Below are positions 11,777 to 24,600 of a stretch of 64,000 nucleotides of DNA, piece after piece. Below the pieces are notes generated by a model. That model had not been told where the DNA came from, made no database searches, and saw only the letters and a program-made list of their open reading frames with translations. How positions within the stretch are numbered: the stretch's first letter is position 1; each line of letters starts with the position of its first letter. This DNA comes from Octopus vulgaris (Eukaryota), in NCBI GenBank assembly GCA_951406725.2, contig OX597828.1, positions 54,250,001 through 54,314,000 of the forward strand, given 5' to 3'. A program made the translations under genes and the position numbers.

Positions 11777-12029
11777 TTGTGTAGGTTTACCTGTAACATT
11801 ATATAAATGTGTGTGTGTGTGTGTGTTATTTAATTGTCATACCAGGCCTGACCAAACTGACAGCAAATCAAAGCTGTTCCATTCATGACTATCCCTTATG
11901 TTGGTTTATCTAAAAGCTATATTATCTACCCTAGCTTCCCTAAGACAGTTTGAGTGTGATTTGAAGTAGGAAGATTTGGCTGCTGTTTCTTGCAGGTCAA
12001 AGGACCAAGGAGATACTCTCTCATTCATA

Positions 12030-12470
12030 CATGCGTGTATATGTACGTTGTGTATGTGTATCTGCAGTGTTCAAGTGTGTGTGTGTATTTATGTGCCTAT
12101 GTGTGTGTGTGTGCATGTGTTGCACATGCTTGTGCACATGTGCATGTATGTGAAGTGTTTACTTGTATTTGTGTGTGTATTGCACATACTCATGCATGTG
12201 TGTGTGTGCTCACATGTATGTGTGTGTGTGAGTGTGTATGTATTTGCATGTGTTTGTATGTTGCACATGCTTGCATGCATGTGAGCGTGTATCTGAAGTG
12301 TTTTCTTGCGTGTGTGTGTGTGTGTATATATATATGTATATGTGTGTATGTATGTGTGCACGTGTGTATGTATCTGATGTGTGTGCTTGTGAGTGTGTGT
12401 ATGTATGTGTGTGTGTGTGTGTGCTGCTCACGCTGATGCACAAGTGTGTGTGCATGTGTGTGTGTGTTTT
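12030..12470. repeat. Degenerate (TG)n/(CATG) low-complexity tract
   Basis: Read directly. Confidence 0.9.
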
Positions 12471-12861
12471 CCTATCTTATCTAAATACCCCCCACCAGCG
12501 TCAATCCCTTTACATTTCAAACAGCGGTACAAAAAAAAACAACAATTTAAAAAAAAAAAGGAACAGTATAAAAAAAAAAGGCAGAATAAAACGGAATTGA
12601 ATAGAACCGTAGATGTCAGACAGTGATTACCAATTCCTGGTTGATGCTAAGCCAACTTCTCGTACTAGAGGAGGAGGAGGGGGGGGTCTCCCCTTCTTGC
12701 CACACCTGGTCCCCTACCTCATCCTCAATGATAATAAATGTCCATCTCAAAATACATTGCAGGATAAGTATTGTATTAATTCTATATGAACAATCAGGAC
12801 ACATTCCCCAACTTCTATCTCTCTCTCTCTCCACATACACACACACACATATACAAACATA

Positions 12862-12897
<36 letters not shown>

Positions 12898-13055
12898 CCA
12901 GATAATAAGACAAAGAAATCTTTTAACACGTTTTCACTGATTTGTTACAGTTTTTTTCTGTTCCAACTCTGCTTGCAACACCAGTTTTACACAAAAATTT
13001 GAAGTGAAACGCACACACACATGAACAAATACACACACACACACACACACACATG

Positions 13056-13203
13056 CAATGGGCTTCTTTCAATTTCTGTCTACCAGATTTACTCACAAGG
13101 CTCTGGTTGGCCCAAGGCTATAGTAGAAGACACTTGGCCAAGGTGCCACACAGTGGGACTGAACCCAGAACCATGTGGTTGGTAAGCAAGCTACTTACCA
13201 CAA
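13056..13203 (-). mobile_element. SINE family A, 5' half
   Basis: Reverse complement of the family A head and CORE. Confidence 0.75.
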
Positions 13204-14439
13204 ACATCTTATTTTTATATATAATATCTATATATGGACAGGAAATGATGGGCTAATTTCAATATTTTTGGGGGATTTCATCTGTGAATTAATTGCTAAG
13301 AATGCATTATTTATGCCGATTGCTCTATTTGGTTTACTAATGATCTTAGTGTAAGTGGGCGGCTAATTAATAACTTTGTGGACTTCTTTTTCACCTTGTC
13401 CATGACTGCAGTTTATTTACTTAGCTGAGATGTGTAAATATCTTAATCTTGGATTAGCTTTAACTGTTTTCAGCCTCCTGAGTGGTTAATTATTGAGAAT
13501 GATCTGATAATGAAATGAAATATACAAATTAGATACTCAAATAAGATTCATGACTGAGATATGCATGACTGAGTTAGTTATAAAGTCAGAAACATTCCCA
13601 AAATATCTCTAAATGTCTCATGATCATTGTGAAATGATGGCAACATATTTACCAATCTAAGAAACATGTTTGTGAATATTTACACTCCCAGATCACTTTG
13701 GAATGGTTTAAATGGTTTCTAATTGGTATGATATGTAACTAAGCCAGCAGGAGGACAACAAAGACAAACTGCATGTGGTCGCGTGAATGCTAGAAATATC
13801 AGTCAAAATCTCAAATCATGTACCTTATAAAAAGCAACACACTGGATTATGTAGTCAGGAAGAAGGAAAAAGGTGGTATGATCATGGCTGGAATGTTTAT
13901 GATCACAGGTCTGTTTGCTTGAACAAACAGACCTGTGACCAAATGTTAAATAGCTAACTCTATACTTCAATAGTGTTAGACGTATCAGTGTCTGTGTTGA
14001 AACTGAGAGAAGTGAAGCTACTGAATAAACCAGTAGTATCTGTCAGATTCACACTCATATGTTCACACACACACTCATGTATGTATATGTAAGCATTTCC
14101 ATATTCATTTGAAATAAAAACTGTTTGGGAAAGAAAGTGCACTTGTCAGGCCAGCTGGCTAAACATAATATTTAACACAGAACAATAGCCAAGACAAGGC
14201 GTGACTCAGTTCTGTATCTTTTTTAAGGAAAATTATTCCACTCAGCTGGCTTTAAATGTATCAACAAATTTTATCTGTGCGAATAATATATGAAGAAAAA
14301 CCAATGTTGAGATGAGAAGTCTAGGAGCTACGAAGCTCTTCTGCCGACTGTTAACATGAAGTGGTTTTGTTGTGCAACATGATACTACAGCCATATTCAC
14401 TGCATGTAGTGACTTGTAGTGAATATGATCACACATGGA

Positions 14440-15178
14440 CACCCAAGTGGTTGAGGGAACCTGTGGAAGAGGTAGACTCAGGAAGACCTGGGATGAGGTG
14501 GTGAAGCATGACCTTTGAACATTAGGCCTCACCAGGCAATGACTAGTGGCTGGGACCATTGGATATATGCTGTGCTTGAGAAGACCCAGCAAACCAAGTG
14601 AGACCATAACTTCATGGCCTATGTGAGCCGTGTAACCAGCCCACTTATGCATACTTTCTCCTTCATTCGACACTAAACTCTGCTTGCGAAGACCTGTTGA
14701 GGCAAGTGAAATCGAAATCAAAATCAAATTCGATGACTGGCATCCATGCTAGTGGAGTGCTAAGAGTACCATCTGAGCATGATCATTGCCAGAGCAGCAA
14801 ACTGGCTTCCGTGCCGGTAGCACATAAAAAGCACCATTCGAGCGTGATCGTTACCAGTGTCACCTTACTGGCATGTGTAAAATGATTCAAGTGAGGGCGT
14901 TGCCAGTTCCTCTGGACTGGCTCCTGTGCAAGTGACATGTAAAAAGCACCATTTGAGCATGGCCATTGCCAGTACCGCCTGACTGGCCCTCGTGATGGTG
15001 GCATGTAAAAAGCACCCACTACACTCTCGGAGTGGTTAGTGTTAAGAAGGGCATCCAGCTGTAGAAACTCTGCCAGATCAGAGTGGAGGCTGGTGCAGCC
15101 GTCTGGTTCGCCAGTCCTCAGTCAAATCGTCCAACCCATGCTAGCATGGAAAGCGGACGTTAAACGATGATGATGATG
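14440..15178 (+). mobile_element. RTE 3' end related to the 6100-7706 element
   Basis: gagggaacctgtggaagaggtagactcaggaagacctgg matches ~6848-6890; aaaagcacc repeats; tail cccatgctagcatggaaagcggacgttaaacgatgatg. Confidence 0.8.
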
Positions 15179-15379
15179 CACAAAACCTTAGCAAATGAGA
15201 TAAGGAAAGAACAGAAATGGAATACAGTGTGAGGTATACTAAGAAATAGGCTGTGGGGAAATAGTGGCATACATTAAGTTGATTGATACTAGTGCTGGTG
15301 TCACATAAAAGGCATTCATGCTAGTGCCACATTAAAAGCTTCAATTACCTCTTCTCTATATACAGGGTTCAGAGTCAAA

Positions 15380-15610
15380 TTTTATTGCCTTCACAGTGTT
15401 TACCATTTTAGAAAATTAAGTTAGAAAATTGGACAAAACAGAGAACACAATTGAAAAAAATTTAAAAAAAAAGGAAAAAAGAGAAAAAAATCTCAAACAA
15501 TTCACCACCTTAGGTTGCAAAGTCAGGAATGCTAGGAAATCTTTCTAATGGCTATTGAGGTACACCAGCATGCTTGCAGCGTTGCCGCAGGTGATGGCAA
15601 GTCTGACGCG

Positions 15611-15612
<2 letters not shown>
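15380..15612 (-). mobile_element. Second, shorter 3'-end copy of the CRE-like element
   Basis: Aligns by eye with 16197-16447 (tttattgccttcaca...caattcaccacctt...gcgttgcc..aggtgatgg..agtctga.gcgct). Confidence 0.7.
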
Positions 15613-15647
<35 letters not shown>

Positions 15648-15649
<2 letters not shown>

Positions 15650-15868
15650 CTTTTACTTTTTCTTTTATTTGTTTCAGTCATTTGACTGCAGCCATGAAGC
15701 TTGAGCACTGCCTTTAGCCGAGCAAATCAACCCCAGGACTTATTCTTTGTAAGCCTAGTACTTATTCTATCAGTCTCTCTTGCCGAACCGCTAAGTGACA
15801 GGCATGTAAACACACCAGCATCGGCTGTCAAGCGATGTTGGAGGGACAAACACAGACACAAGCATATT

Positions 15869-15899
<31 letters not shown>

Positions 15900-16083
15900 G
15901 ATGGACTTCTTTCAGTTTCTGTCTACCAAATCTACTCACAACGCTTTGGTCGGCCCGAGGCTATAGTAGAAGACATTTGCCCAAGGTGCCACGCAGTGGG
16001 ACTGAAACCAGAACCATGTGGTTGGTAAGCAAGCTAACCCTAACCCTAATTCTAGCCCTAACCACACAGCCACTCCTGCGCCT
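15648..16083 (-). mobile_element. SINE family A, full length, carrying a telomere-like insertion
   Basis: Reverse complement of family A; ctaaccctaaccctaa... at 16034-16063. Confidence 0.85.
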
Positions 16084-16196
16084 TAATATATATATCTACA
16101 TATATATTAGTGTACATATTTTTTATTTCTTATTGGTAGAAGCTAGTGAGTAACTCAATAATCGAGAGTTTCGTACTTTGGCAATATCCAAAAACA

Positions 16197-17110
16197 TTTT
16201 ATTGCCTTCACATTGTTTACCATTTTACAAAATCAAACAAGAAAACTGGATAAAACAAAGAACACAATTGAAGAAAATTAAAAAGGATAAAGAAAAAAGA
16301 GAAAAAGAAAAAAGGAGAGAAAAGAAAAAATACAATTCACCACCTTGGGTTGAAAAGTTGGGGGCATTGGGAAACCTCTCTAATGGCTTTTGAGACATGC
16401 CAGCGCACTTGGAGCGTTGCCCTAGGTGATGGTGAGTCTGATGCGCTGGAACAGCCAAACACCCGCATGAGCCTCACCAGTTACCTCTGCAAGGCGAGTT
16501 GCCAGTGAAGACAGGAATCCTGCAGTTAGCAGTCTGACCCCACTAAGCATCTTGAATGCCACAGGATGGAAAATGTAGTTGGCTGACAGATCAAGGTATT
16601 TCAGGATTTTGTTCCGCTCAGCTGCAGAAGCTGTAGATCTTGCCCTGACTGCAGCATCCAGGATGTGAGAAGAAGCAAAGGAGTCGTTAACATCCCAGAC
16701 AAGGCATCTGTCTTGCAACCAAGAGCACAGGGTGAGGCCGTCACATGGTTCCAAGATGGAGATGTTTGCCTGGGCCGAGCTACTCTTGAGCATCAGGTTC
16801 AACTCTGTATGACGCGCAAAGCGACCAGCATTGAGGCAACAAGAAAGGCCATAGAGGCCCGTGGAGTTGAGGAGCCTGTCTCAACGACAGAGCAAACCTG
16901 TGCGTACGTCAGCTCCCACTCTGAGGGCAATGGAGACACAAAGTTCGTCCAAGCTGAGAAGGCCTTAACATTAGCCACAGGGATGGCATCAATCCAGTCA
17001 CCCGAGTATTTGGTGCTAGCAGACATTAAGTGGCACCTTGGATGAAGCAGGAGTTGAAGGTGGCCTTTGAAATTATGTTGTCCCAAGCTCTCTGGCTCCG
17101 ACAGTCCTCC
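16197..17110 (-). mobile_element. Decayed CRE-clade non-LTR retrotransposon (zinc knuckle + restriction-like endonuclease + 3'UTR)
   Basis: SGDWIDAIP; DGLTLCSWLQDRCLVWDV...AAERNKILKY...HPVAFKMLS...WLFQRI; resembles the CRE RLE pattern PDG..W...L.WDV...E..K..KY...P.A.ET.G...QR....GNA. Confidence 0.75.
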
Positions 17111-17387
17111 ATCTTCTCAGGAACAGACAAACCCAATTCTCTCCACTGTATATACATATATGTAAGTATGTGTGTATGTATGTGTGTTTGTATATGTATG
17201 TATGTGTGTTTGTGTGTGTGTATGTATGTATGTTTGTGTGTGTGTGTGTGTGTGTGTGCGTGTTTATCCCGCTGTCACAAGAGAATGAGTGTTTATAGGC
17301 GTGCACGTGCCTATAGGCATGTGAGTGAGAAATAGAGATGAGAGCAAGTGATAAAGAAATTGTGTGAGAAAGGGATGAAGGAATGAA

Positions 17388-17422
<35 letters not shown>

Positions 17423-17470
17423 AGAGAAGGGGAGAAGGAGAGAGAGAATGAGATAGATAGATAGATAGAT

Positions 17471-17501
<31 letters not shown>

Positions 17502-17662
17502 AGATATCTATGTATGTGATATGTTTGGAAAATATTTCTGAAGCATATAAAACATATTTAGATGTAGAAATACAGACACCGAGAAATGTAGAATGAAGGC
17601 AAATACACACACACACACACACACATTTATATTTACACACCCACATATCTGCACGGCATATA

Positions 17663-17813
17663 TAAATTCCGCCGAGGTCGACTTTGCCTTTCATCCTCTC
17701 GGGGTCGATAAATTAAGTACCAGTTTCGCACTGGGTTGATGTAATCGACTTCATCCGTTTGTCTGTCCTTGTTTGTCTCCTCTATGTTTAGCCCCTTGTG
17801 GGTAGTAAAGAAA
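17663..17813 (+). mobile_element. SINE family B (Meta-domain-like), 3' part
   Basis: gaggtcgactttgcctttcatcctctcggggtcgataaattaagtaccag core; tail gtagtaaagaaata. Confidence 0.8.
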
Positions 17814-18991
17814 TATATATAAATAGAGGTCGCCTGTTAGTCACGGACCAATGAATGAATATCAACCGGAAGTGAGTTGTAGATTTATCAATCTAAAAGA
17901 AACGTGACTAAACAAGCAAATATTCTAACTTTTTATTTGCAAGAGTATCACGAACACGCATACACCAAGGTACAAAACAGCATATTCGATGTTTATTGTA
18001 ATGTGAAGAGGTGGAAAAAATAGGAATAGGGGTAGTGGTGTTGCATTTCGTTGTTTTACTCTGCTTTGGTTAATGATTACGCCCATGATCAAAAGGCATC
18101 CTGCCGTGACCATCCTTTCAGCAATGCCACCCTGAGTTGAACCTGATACTCAAAAGTAGCTTGATACTCAAGACCATCCTGTCAGCAATGCCACCCTGAG
18201 GCATGGCTTCACTGGGTAGTTAGTTGTCCTAAGATCTCCGCAATCAAAGAACACTTTGTAGTGTATCGTTGTCAATGAATATTCGTTTATTCTTTTACAG
18301 GTTTTAGTCATTTGACTGTGGCCATGATGGAGCACCGCCTTAAATGGTTTTTTTTTTTAGTTGAAGAAATCGACCCCAGGACTTATTCTTTGTAAGCCTA
18401 TTACTCATTCTATCGGACCGTTTTGTCAAACCGCTTATTTACGGAGACATAAGCACATCAACATTGGTTGTCAAGTACAAAGATAGACAGACACACACAC
18501 ACACACACAGTTGAAAATATGTGGAAAACATAAAAAGTGGAAGAGAAATGCATTCGTTTCACACAGTTTAATATCTTTTTTATAAAGAAATTTTTAAAAT
18601 ATATACATATTTTATAGATATAGTGATATCCATCTACTTTATAGGTGTAGTGATATGTAGTGTAGAACATCGAGCTTACGATCGCAAGGTTGTGAGTTCG
18701 AATCCCGGACCGGGCTGCGTGTTGTGTTCTTGAGCAAGACACTTTATTTCACGTTCATCTTGTCAGGTAGTGTTATCATACACCTTGTGAAGAATATAGT
18801 GGAGAATGATTGTGAAGTTTGGTATTTTAAAAGACCGCAATTATTCCATCGCAACTCAAAAGTTCTGCGAAGTTTGACCAAAGTTTTCCACGGAACCTTG
18901 AAAAGGAATCTTCATGCATCTCTCTCTGGCATCTCAGATCAGCCATCTGCAAAATCTACAACGCAGAACAGATACTAATATTTTTTTGATT

Positions 18992-19345
18992 CAAGGCGGC
19001 TAGCTGGCAGAATCGTAAGCAAGTCAGGCAAAATGCATAGCGGAATTTAGTCCGTCTTTACGTTCCCTGAAATTTAATTTATCGACACTGAAAAGGTGAA
19101 TGGCAAAGTCGACCTTAGAACATAACGACAGATGAAATACTGAAATGCTTAGCAGTATTTCGTCTGTTGCTACGTTCTGAGTTCAAATTCTGCCGAGGTT
19201 GACTTTGTCTTTCATCCTTTCGGGGTTGATTAAATAAGTACCTGTTACGCACTGGGGATCGACGTAATTGACTTAATACCTGTCTGTCCTTGTTTGTCCC
19301 CTCTATGTTTAGCCCCAAATTTGAGGCCCTGTGCTTCCAGTAGAA
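18992..19345 (+). mobile_element. SINE family B, rearranged
   Basis: Head aaggcggctagctggcagaatcg, short inverted internal piece, Meta-like core. Confidence 0.7.
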
Positions 19346-19373
19346 ATAATAATAATAATAATAATAATAATAT

Positions 19374-19930
19374 AAATGCCCTGATGCAGTACCAGGCAGT
19401 GGCTCTCGTGGCTTCTGATCTTAACTGATTGGAAGTGTTGTCATGTACATTGTTTTGTCTTGGTATAAAAGATGGGCTACAGCAAATATTCTGCTCAATA
19501 CCACAGATTTGCTTGTCAGTTGCTGGACCATAACCAGTTGAGGATGTCCCTTAGTGGTGACGATATGTGCATCTCCAATCACGAGCAGAAGTAGTGGGGG
19601 AGCATCATAGGCATGTGTTGAGAGGGATTCTTTGGGGTTTGGATAACTCACCCTTGAAAACAAGGGTGTTTCGTTCATCATCCTTAAATAAACCTTATTC
19701 AAGGACCTTCTGAGCGGGATGGATTACTTGACCAGAAGAAAATTCTAACTGGGCCTTACCTGCAATGTCATGGTCTGTTAATCTTGATATGAGATCACCA
19801 TGTCGTGCACATATGGTTGTGATTCATGTGCCTGGTGTGCCCTTATTGGACGGGTAGTCATGATGGGTATACTGGGCTGCGTATATTTTACTCCAGTGTC
19901 CCTTTGATGGCATACACTGCTCTCTCACTC
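19374..19930 (+). mobile_element. ~555-bp non-coding element inserted in an (AAT)n microsatellite
   Basis: Complex sequence sharply bounded by (AAT)n on both sides; no ORF; family assignment uncertain. Confidence 0.45.
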
Positions 19931-19976
<46 letters not shown>

Positions 19977-20260
19977 TGGTGGTGATGATGATGATGATGA
20001 TGATGTTTAGATGGCGAGTGGGCAGAATCTCTACTGCGCCGAAAAAATTGTTTATCGGCGTTGTGTCCGTCTTTACGTTCTGCGTTCCAGTCCTGCCAAA
20101 GTTGGCTTTGCCTTTTATCCTTTCGGGGTCAATAAAACAAGTACTTGTTGAACACTAGGATCGATGTAATTGACATAATACCCTCCTCCGAAATTGCTAG
20201 CCTTCTGTCAAAATTTGAAAGCAATATTTATTTTTATTCACCAACTTCGGACACCAAACA

Positions 20261-20311
<51 letters not shown>

Positions 20312-21125
20312 TGGCACAAATGACAGTACATTTAACTCTCAAGGTGGTGCTCCGGTTTGGTTTTTGATCTTTTTTTGATCTTTCAGCACCGTTACAACTA
20401 TTACTGTGATAATTTGACAAGGTCTCAGGCTTTGGGGCTGGGGGTTTAATCGGTTTATTTTATTCATCCCCAGAACTAAACTAACATTTAATTTCATCGA
20501 CCTTGGAAGGATTAAAAAGGGAAGGTTGACCTTGGCGGAATTTGAACTCAGAACGTAAGGAGTTGGAACAAATAAGACAAAGTTATTTTGTTGTTCTCTC
20601 AAACACTCCGCTGAAATGACGTTACGTGAGGTCATTGAAGAAGGATATAAAATGAAAATTCGTAGTCAGGAAATTAAAAAGAAAAAAAAAAGAAAAGAAA
20701 ATACAAAAAGGAAAAAGGAAGGAGGAAGGAAGACAAAATTAATGGCATTGATTATGAGGAGAAGTAAATAAAAACAAAGTAATTTTAGATCAAAGTATTA
20801 AATTCAAGTCTCAAATGTTATCCAAGGAGTGGCAATCGTGTCATTATTTGCACGCCCTCCGTTACGAAAGAACTTGGCGAGTTCAAATTCCTCATTGACA
20901 AAACAGGATAAACAAGAAAAATTGATTTCTTTCTTTGTATGTCTTTATATATATGTATATATTTAAGCATTTGGTTTTTTCCCCTTTTTTTGTCGTTTCA
21001 ATCGATCGATATGTTAAACAAAATTGTCATTTTTTTATTTTCACTTTTTTTTCATTTGATCTTGTAGCAAATTTTGATTTTGTTGGTTCTCGTCACCATT
21101 GCTGCCGTCGTCGTCAAAGTAGTTA

Positions 21126-21322
21126 ATAGTAGTAGTGGTAGTAGTAGTAGTAGTTTTAGTAGTAGTAGTAGTTTTAGTAGTAGTAATTTTAGTAGTGGTA
21201 GTAGTAGTAGTTGTTGTTTTAGTAGTAGTAGTAGTAATAGTAGTAGCGGTAGTAGTAATAGTAGCGGTAGTAGTAGTAGTAATAGTAGTAGTAATAGTAG
21301 TGGTAGTAGTAGTAGTAGTAGT
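21126..21322. repeat. (AGT)n trinucleotide microsatellite
   Basis: Read directly; source of the poly-T/S/V ORFs. Confidence 0.95.
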
Positions 21323-21855
21323 TTTGTCGTTGCTGGTGTTTTTGTGGTTGTTAAGAAAGCCGAAACGAAACCAATTTAATGCTTTTTCTCTCTTCATTTA
21401 AATGGTCAAAGTTAGATTGACATTGAGTGACGGTTTAAACATGGTCGTTATTTAGCTCCAAGACTAAGGCACACCGACCTACCTATAAACAAAACACCAG
21501 CCATTCCAACGATAACCATGTCGTATTTTCGTCTGGACCGGAGTATACTCCGGGCAGCATTGGCAGAGTCGTTAGCACGCCGGACAAAATGCCTTAGGTT
21601 CCCATTTCAAATTCTGCTCAGGGCAATGTTGCATTTCATCCTTTAGCAATTGATAAAATAAGTACCAGGTGGACACTGGGACTCCAGTATCACAGTAGAA
21701 TGGTTAACACACACACACACATCACAGATTACCATACACACCCACTTGGTCTTTACTTTCCCTGGAAAGATAGGAGTGTCTCATTAACATAAGTACCGAT
21801 AATAAACAGTGGATATATTTGTGAGTGTATATATATAGTTAAGTGGTGGTGAACA

Positions 21856-22238
21856 TGATATAAGAACTGAAACAAATATTAATCAACATCCTGAAAATTA
21901 CAATTGTTGTTAAGAGGTTAACTATTGACTTTAAGGGTTAATTCTGTTCAAGATATGGAAGGGAGGCAACTTTGAAATGATATAGGAACTAAAACAAATA
22001 TTTATCAACATACATGAAAATTACAATTGTTCAGAGGTTAAGACACAAACTATAAACATTAAGGGTTAATTCTGATCAAGATATGAAAGGGAAGCAACTT
22101 TGATATGATATAGGAACTGAAACAAATATTTATTAAGATCCAGGAAAATTACACTCGATGTTAAGAGGTTGAGAGACAAACTATAAACTTTAAGGGTTAA
22201 TTCTGTTCAAGATGTGAAAGGGAGGCAACTTTGATATA
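21856..22238. repeat. Three ~125-bp tandem repeats
   Basis: tgatata.gaact.aaacaaatatt...taagggttaattctg.tcaagat.tg.aaggga.gcaactttga starts at ~21856, ~21978 and ~22106. Confidence 0.85.
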
Positions 22239-22859
22239 ACAGTTTCAGAGATGTTTTGCTCTTATCAGAGCTCTTCAATGAAGTATGGTTGTAAGAGTTC
22301 TTTACAAATTTGTGTCATTGTAATTGACATTTGTCATTTATATGGGACAAATACCTGCATTCCTCTTCCCTAATATTTTCAGTATTGAATTTTCTTTTGT
22401 CATTGAGTGTGTGTGTTATTGATAGTGGTGTGGTGGTGGTGGTGGTAGTGGTTGTGATGGTTGTTGTTGTTATAGAAGCGGTGGTGGTGGTGGTAGTTGC
22501 TATGTAACCAGAAATCTGTTGCCAATTTGGCAAAGAACAGCCTGCGTACACAAGCAGTTTGGCTCCAAACTTCCCGATTGGCATCAAATCCAAGAGTCAC
22601 CTTTTTGTAGCCCTTGTTAAGCCCTATCTACACTTTGTTATGGGAGGTGGGGGTTATATCATAAGGGGGATGGCGGATGAAGGGATTAAAGCATGCCGGT
22701 GGTGATGGTGGTGGGGAAGAGTGGTGGCAGTGGTGACGATGGAGGTGGTGTTGATGATGGTGGTGGTGGTGGTTATGAATTGTGGTATAAATAGTTTGAC
22801 AGCCTTGAAAGGAACAAGGTTTTGCGTATGTTTGTCTGTGTTTCGTCTGCTGCTGTTAG

Positions 22860-23047
22860 AGAAAGAAAGAAAGGTATGAAGAAGTAAAGAAAACGAAGAG
22901 GGAGGAAGGGAGGGGAAAGGGAGAGAGAGAATGTGAGAAAGAAATGAAGACAGAGAGAGAAAGGGAGGGAGGGAAAGAGAGAGAGAGAGAGAAAGTGAGA
23001 CAGAGAATGAGTCAATAAATAAAGGAAAGATAAGATAGAAAGAGAGA

Positions 23048-23087
<40 letters not shown>

Positions 23088-23374
23088 TGAAGCGAAAGCG
23101 TAGAGTTAGGAAGTGTTGGAATGAGACAGAGAGAGATGAGAGAGGGAGAGAGTATGGAGTGAGAGAGTGAGAGTGAGAGAGTAAGAGTGAGTGAGTGAGA
23201 TATATAAGGAAGGGTTTAGAGTGACTAACGCACGAAATAAGGAAAGGATGAAGCAAACCGTAGTAAGCGAGGGATGAGTAAGGAAGTAAAAGTCTTGGAG
23301 ATAAGGAAATAAACTGGGTTGGTGCGAAAGAGAGGGGGAGAAAGAGAGAGAGAGAGGGGAGGGAGGGAGAGGGG

Positions 23375-23409
<35 letters not shown>

Positions 23410-23410
23410 A
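22860..23410. repeat. Polypurine (GA/GAAA) low-complexity tract
   Basis: Read directly. Confidence 0.9.
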
Positions 23411-23982
23411 GCTGTGTTTTGTAATTCAATGTAGGTTTACAAACTGATGCTATTTCAAGAATTGGTCCTTATCAGACTTAGTTGGCTGACTGACTGCATA
23501 GCATGAGTGAGTGTGTGCATGTGTGTGTATTGATACATACATACATACACACACAAATATATATATATATACACATAAATATACACATACATGCAAGTAT
23601 ATATATGTGTGTATACGTGCAATTGTACACATACAGTGATAGTGTAATGTATACATAGACACACCATGTAGTTTATACACACACACACATATAGGTGTGG
23701 CTGTGTGGTAAGAAGCTTGCTTCCCAACCACATGGTTCCAGGTTCAGTCCCACTGTGTGGCACCTTGGGCAGACTAAAGCCTTATGAGTGAATTTGGTAG
23801 ATGGAAACTGAAAGAAGCCCATCGTATACATACACATATATATATAAGGATAATAAAGTGAATGGTTTACACCTGGTAGCTTACTGGATACTCCTGAACC
23901 AGTTTTTGTGTGTCCCACCCAAGAGGAATCGATGCTAGATGTGTCGAAACAATTGTTGTGATTAATAATATATTCTCCTCTT

Positions 23983-24308
23983 GTCTGGCACCTGTGTCGG
24001 TGGCACATAAAAACACCATCCGAGCGTGGCCGTTCGCCAGCCTCGTCTGGCACCTGTGTCGGTGGCACATAAAAACACCATCCGAGCGTGGCCGTTCGCC
24101 AGCCTCGTCTGGCACCTGTGTCGGTGGCACATAAAATCACCCACTACACCCTTGGAGTGGTTGGCGTTAGGAAGGGCATCCAGCTGTAGAAACACTGCCA
24201 GATCTGACTGGCCTGGTGCAGCCTTCGGGCTCCCCAGACCCCAGTTGAACCGTCCAACCCATGCTAGCATGGAAAGCGGACGTTAAATGATGATGATGAT
24301 GATGATGA
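23983..24308 (+). mobile_element. RTE 3'UTR/tail copy with 3 tandem units
   Basis: Same unit and (GAT)n tail as 7065-7706. Confidence 0.85.
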
Positions 24309-24345
24309 TTCCATCTTTTGTCTTTCATTTGTTATTTATATATGT

Positions 24346-24600
24346 ATTCTTTTACTCTTTTCAGTCATTTGACTGCAGCCATGCTGGAGCACTGCCTTTA
24401 GTCAAACAAATCGATCCCAGGACTTATTCTTTATAAGCCTTGTACTTATTCTATCAGTCTCTGTTGCCAAACTGCTAATTTACGGGGATGTAAACACACC
24501 GACATCAGTTGTCAAGCGATGATGGGGGCACAAACACAGACACGCATAAATACATACGCACACGTGTGTGTGTATGTATATATATATATATACAATGGGC
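24346..24600 (-). mobile_element. SINE family A, 3' part
   Basis: Reverse complement of the family A tail. Confidence 0.75.

Noticed and set aside
22236-22275. Degenerate hammerhead-like string on the minus strand (ctgataa gag...ctct gaaac)
   Set aside because: Core G8 is mutated and there is no convincing stem I or III; at best a relic.
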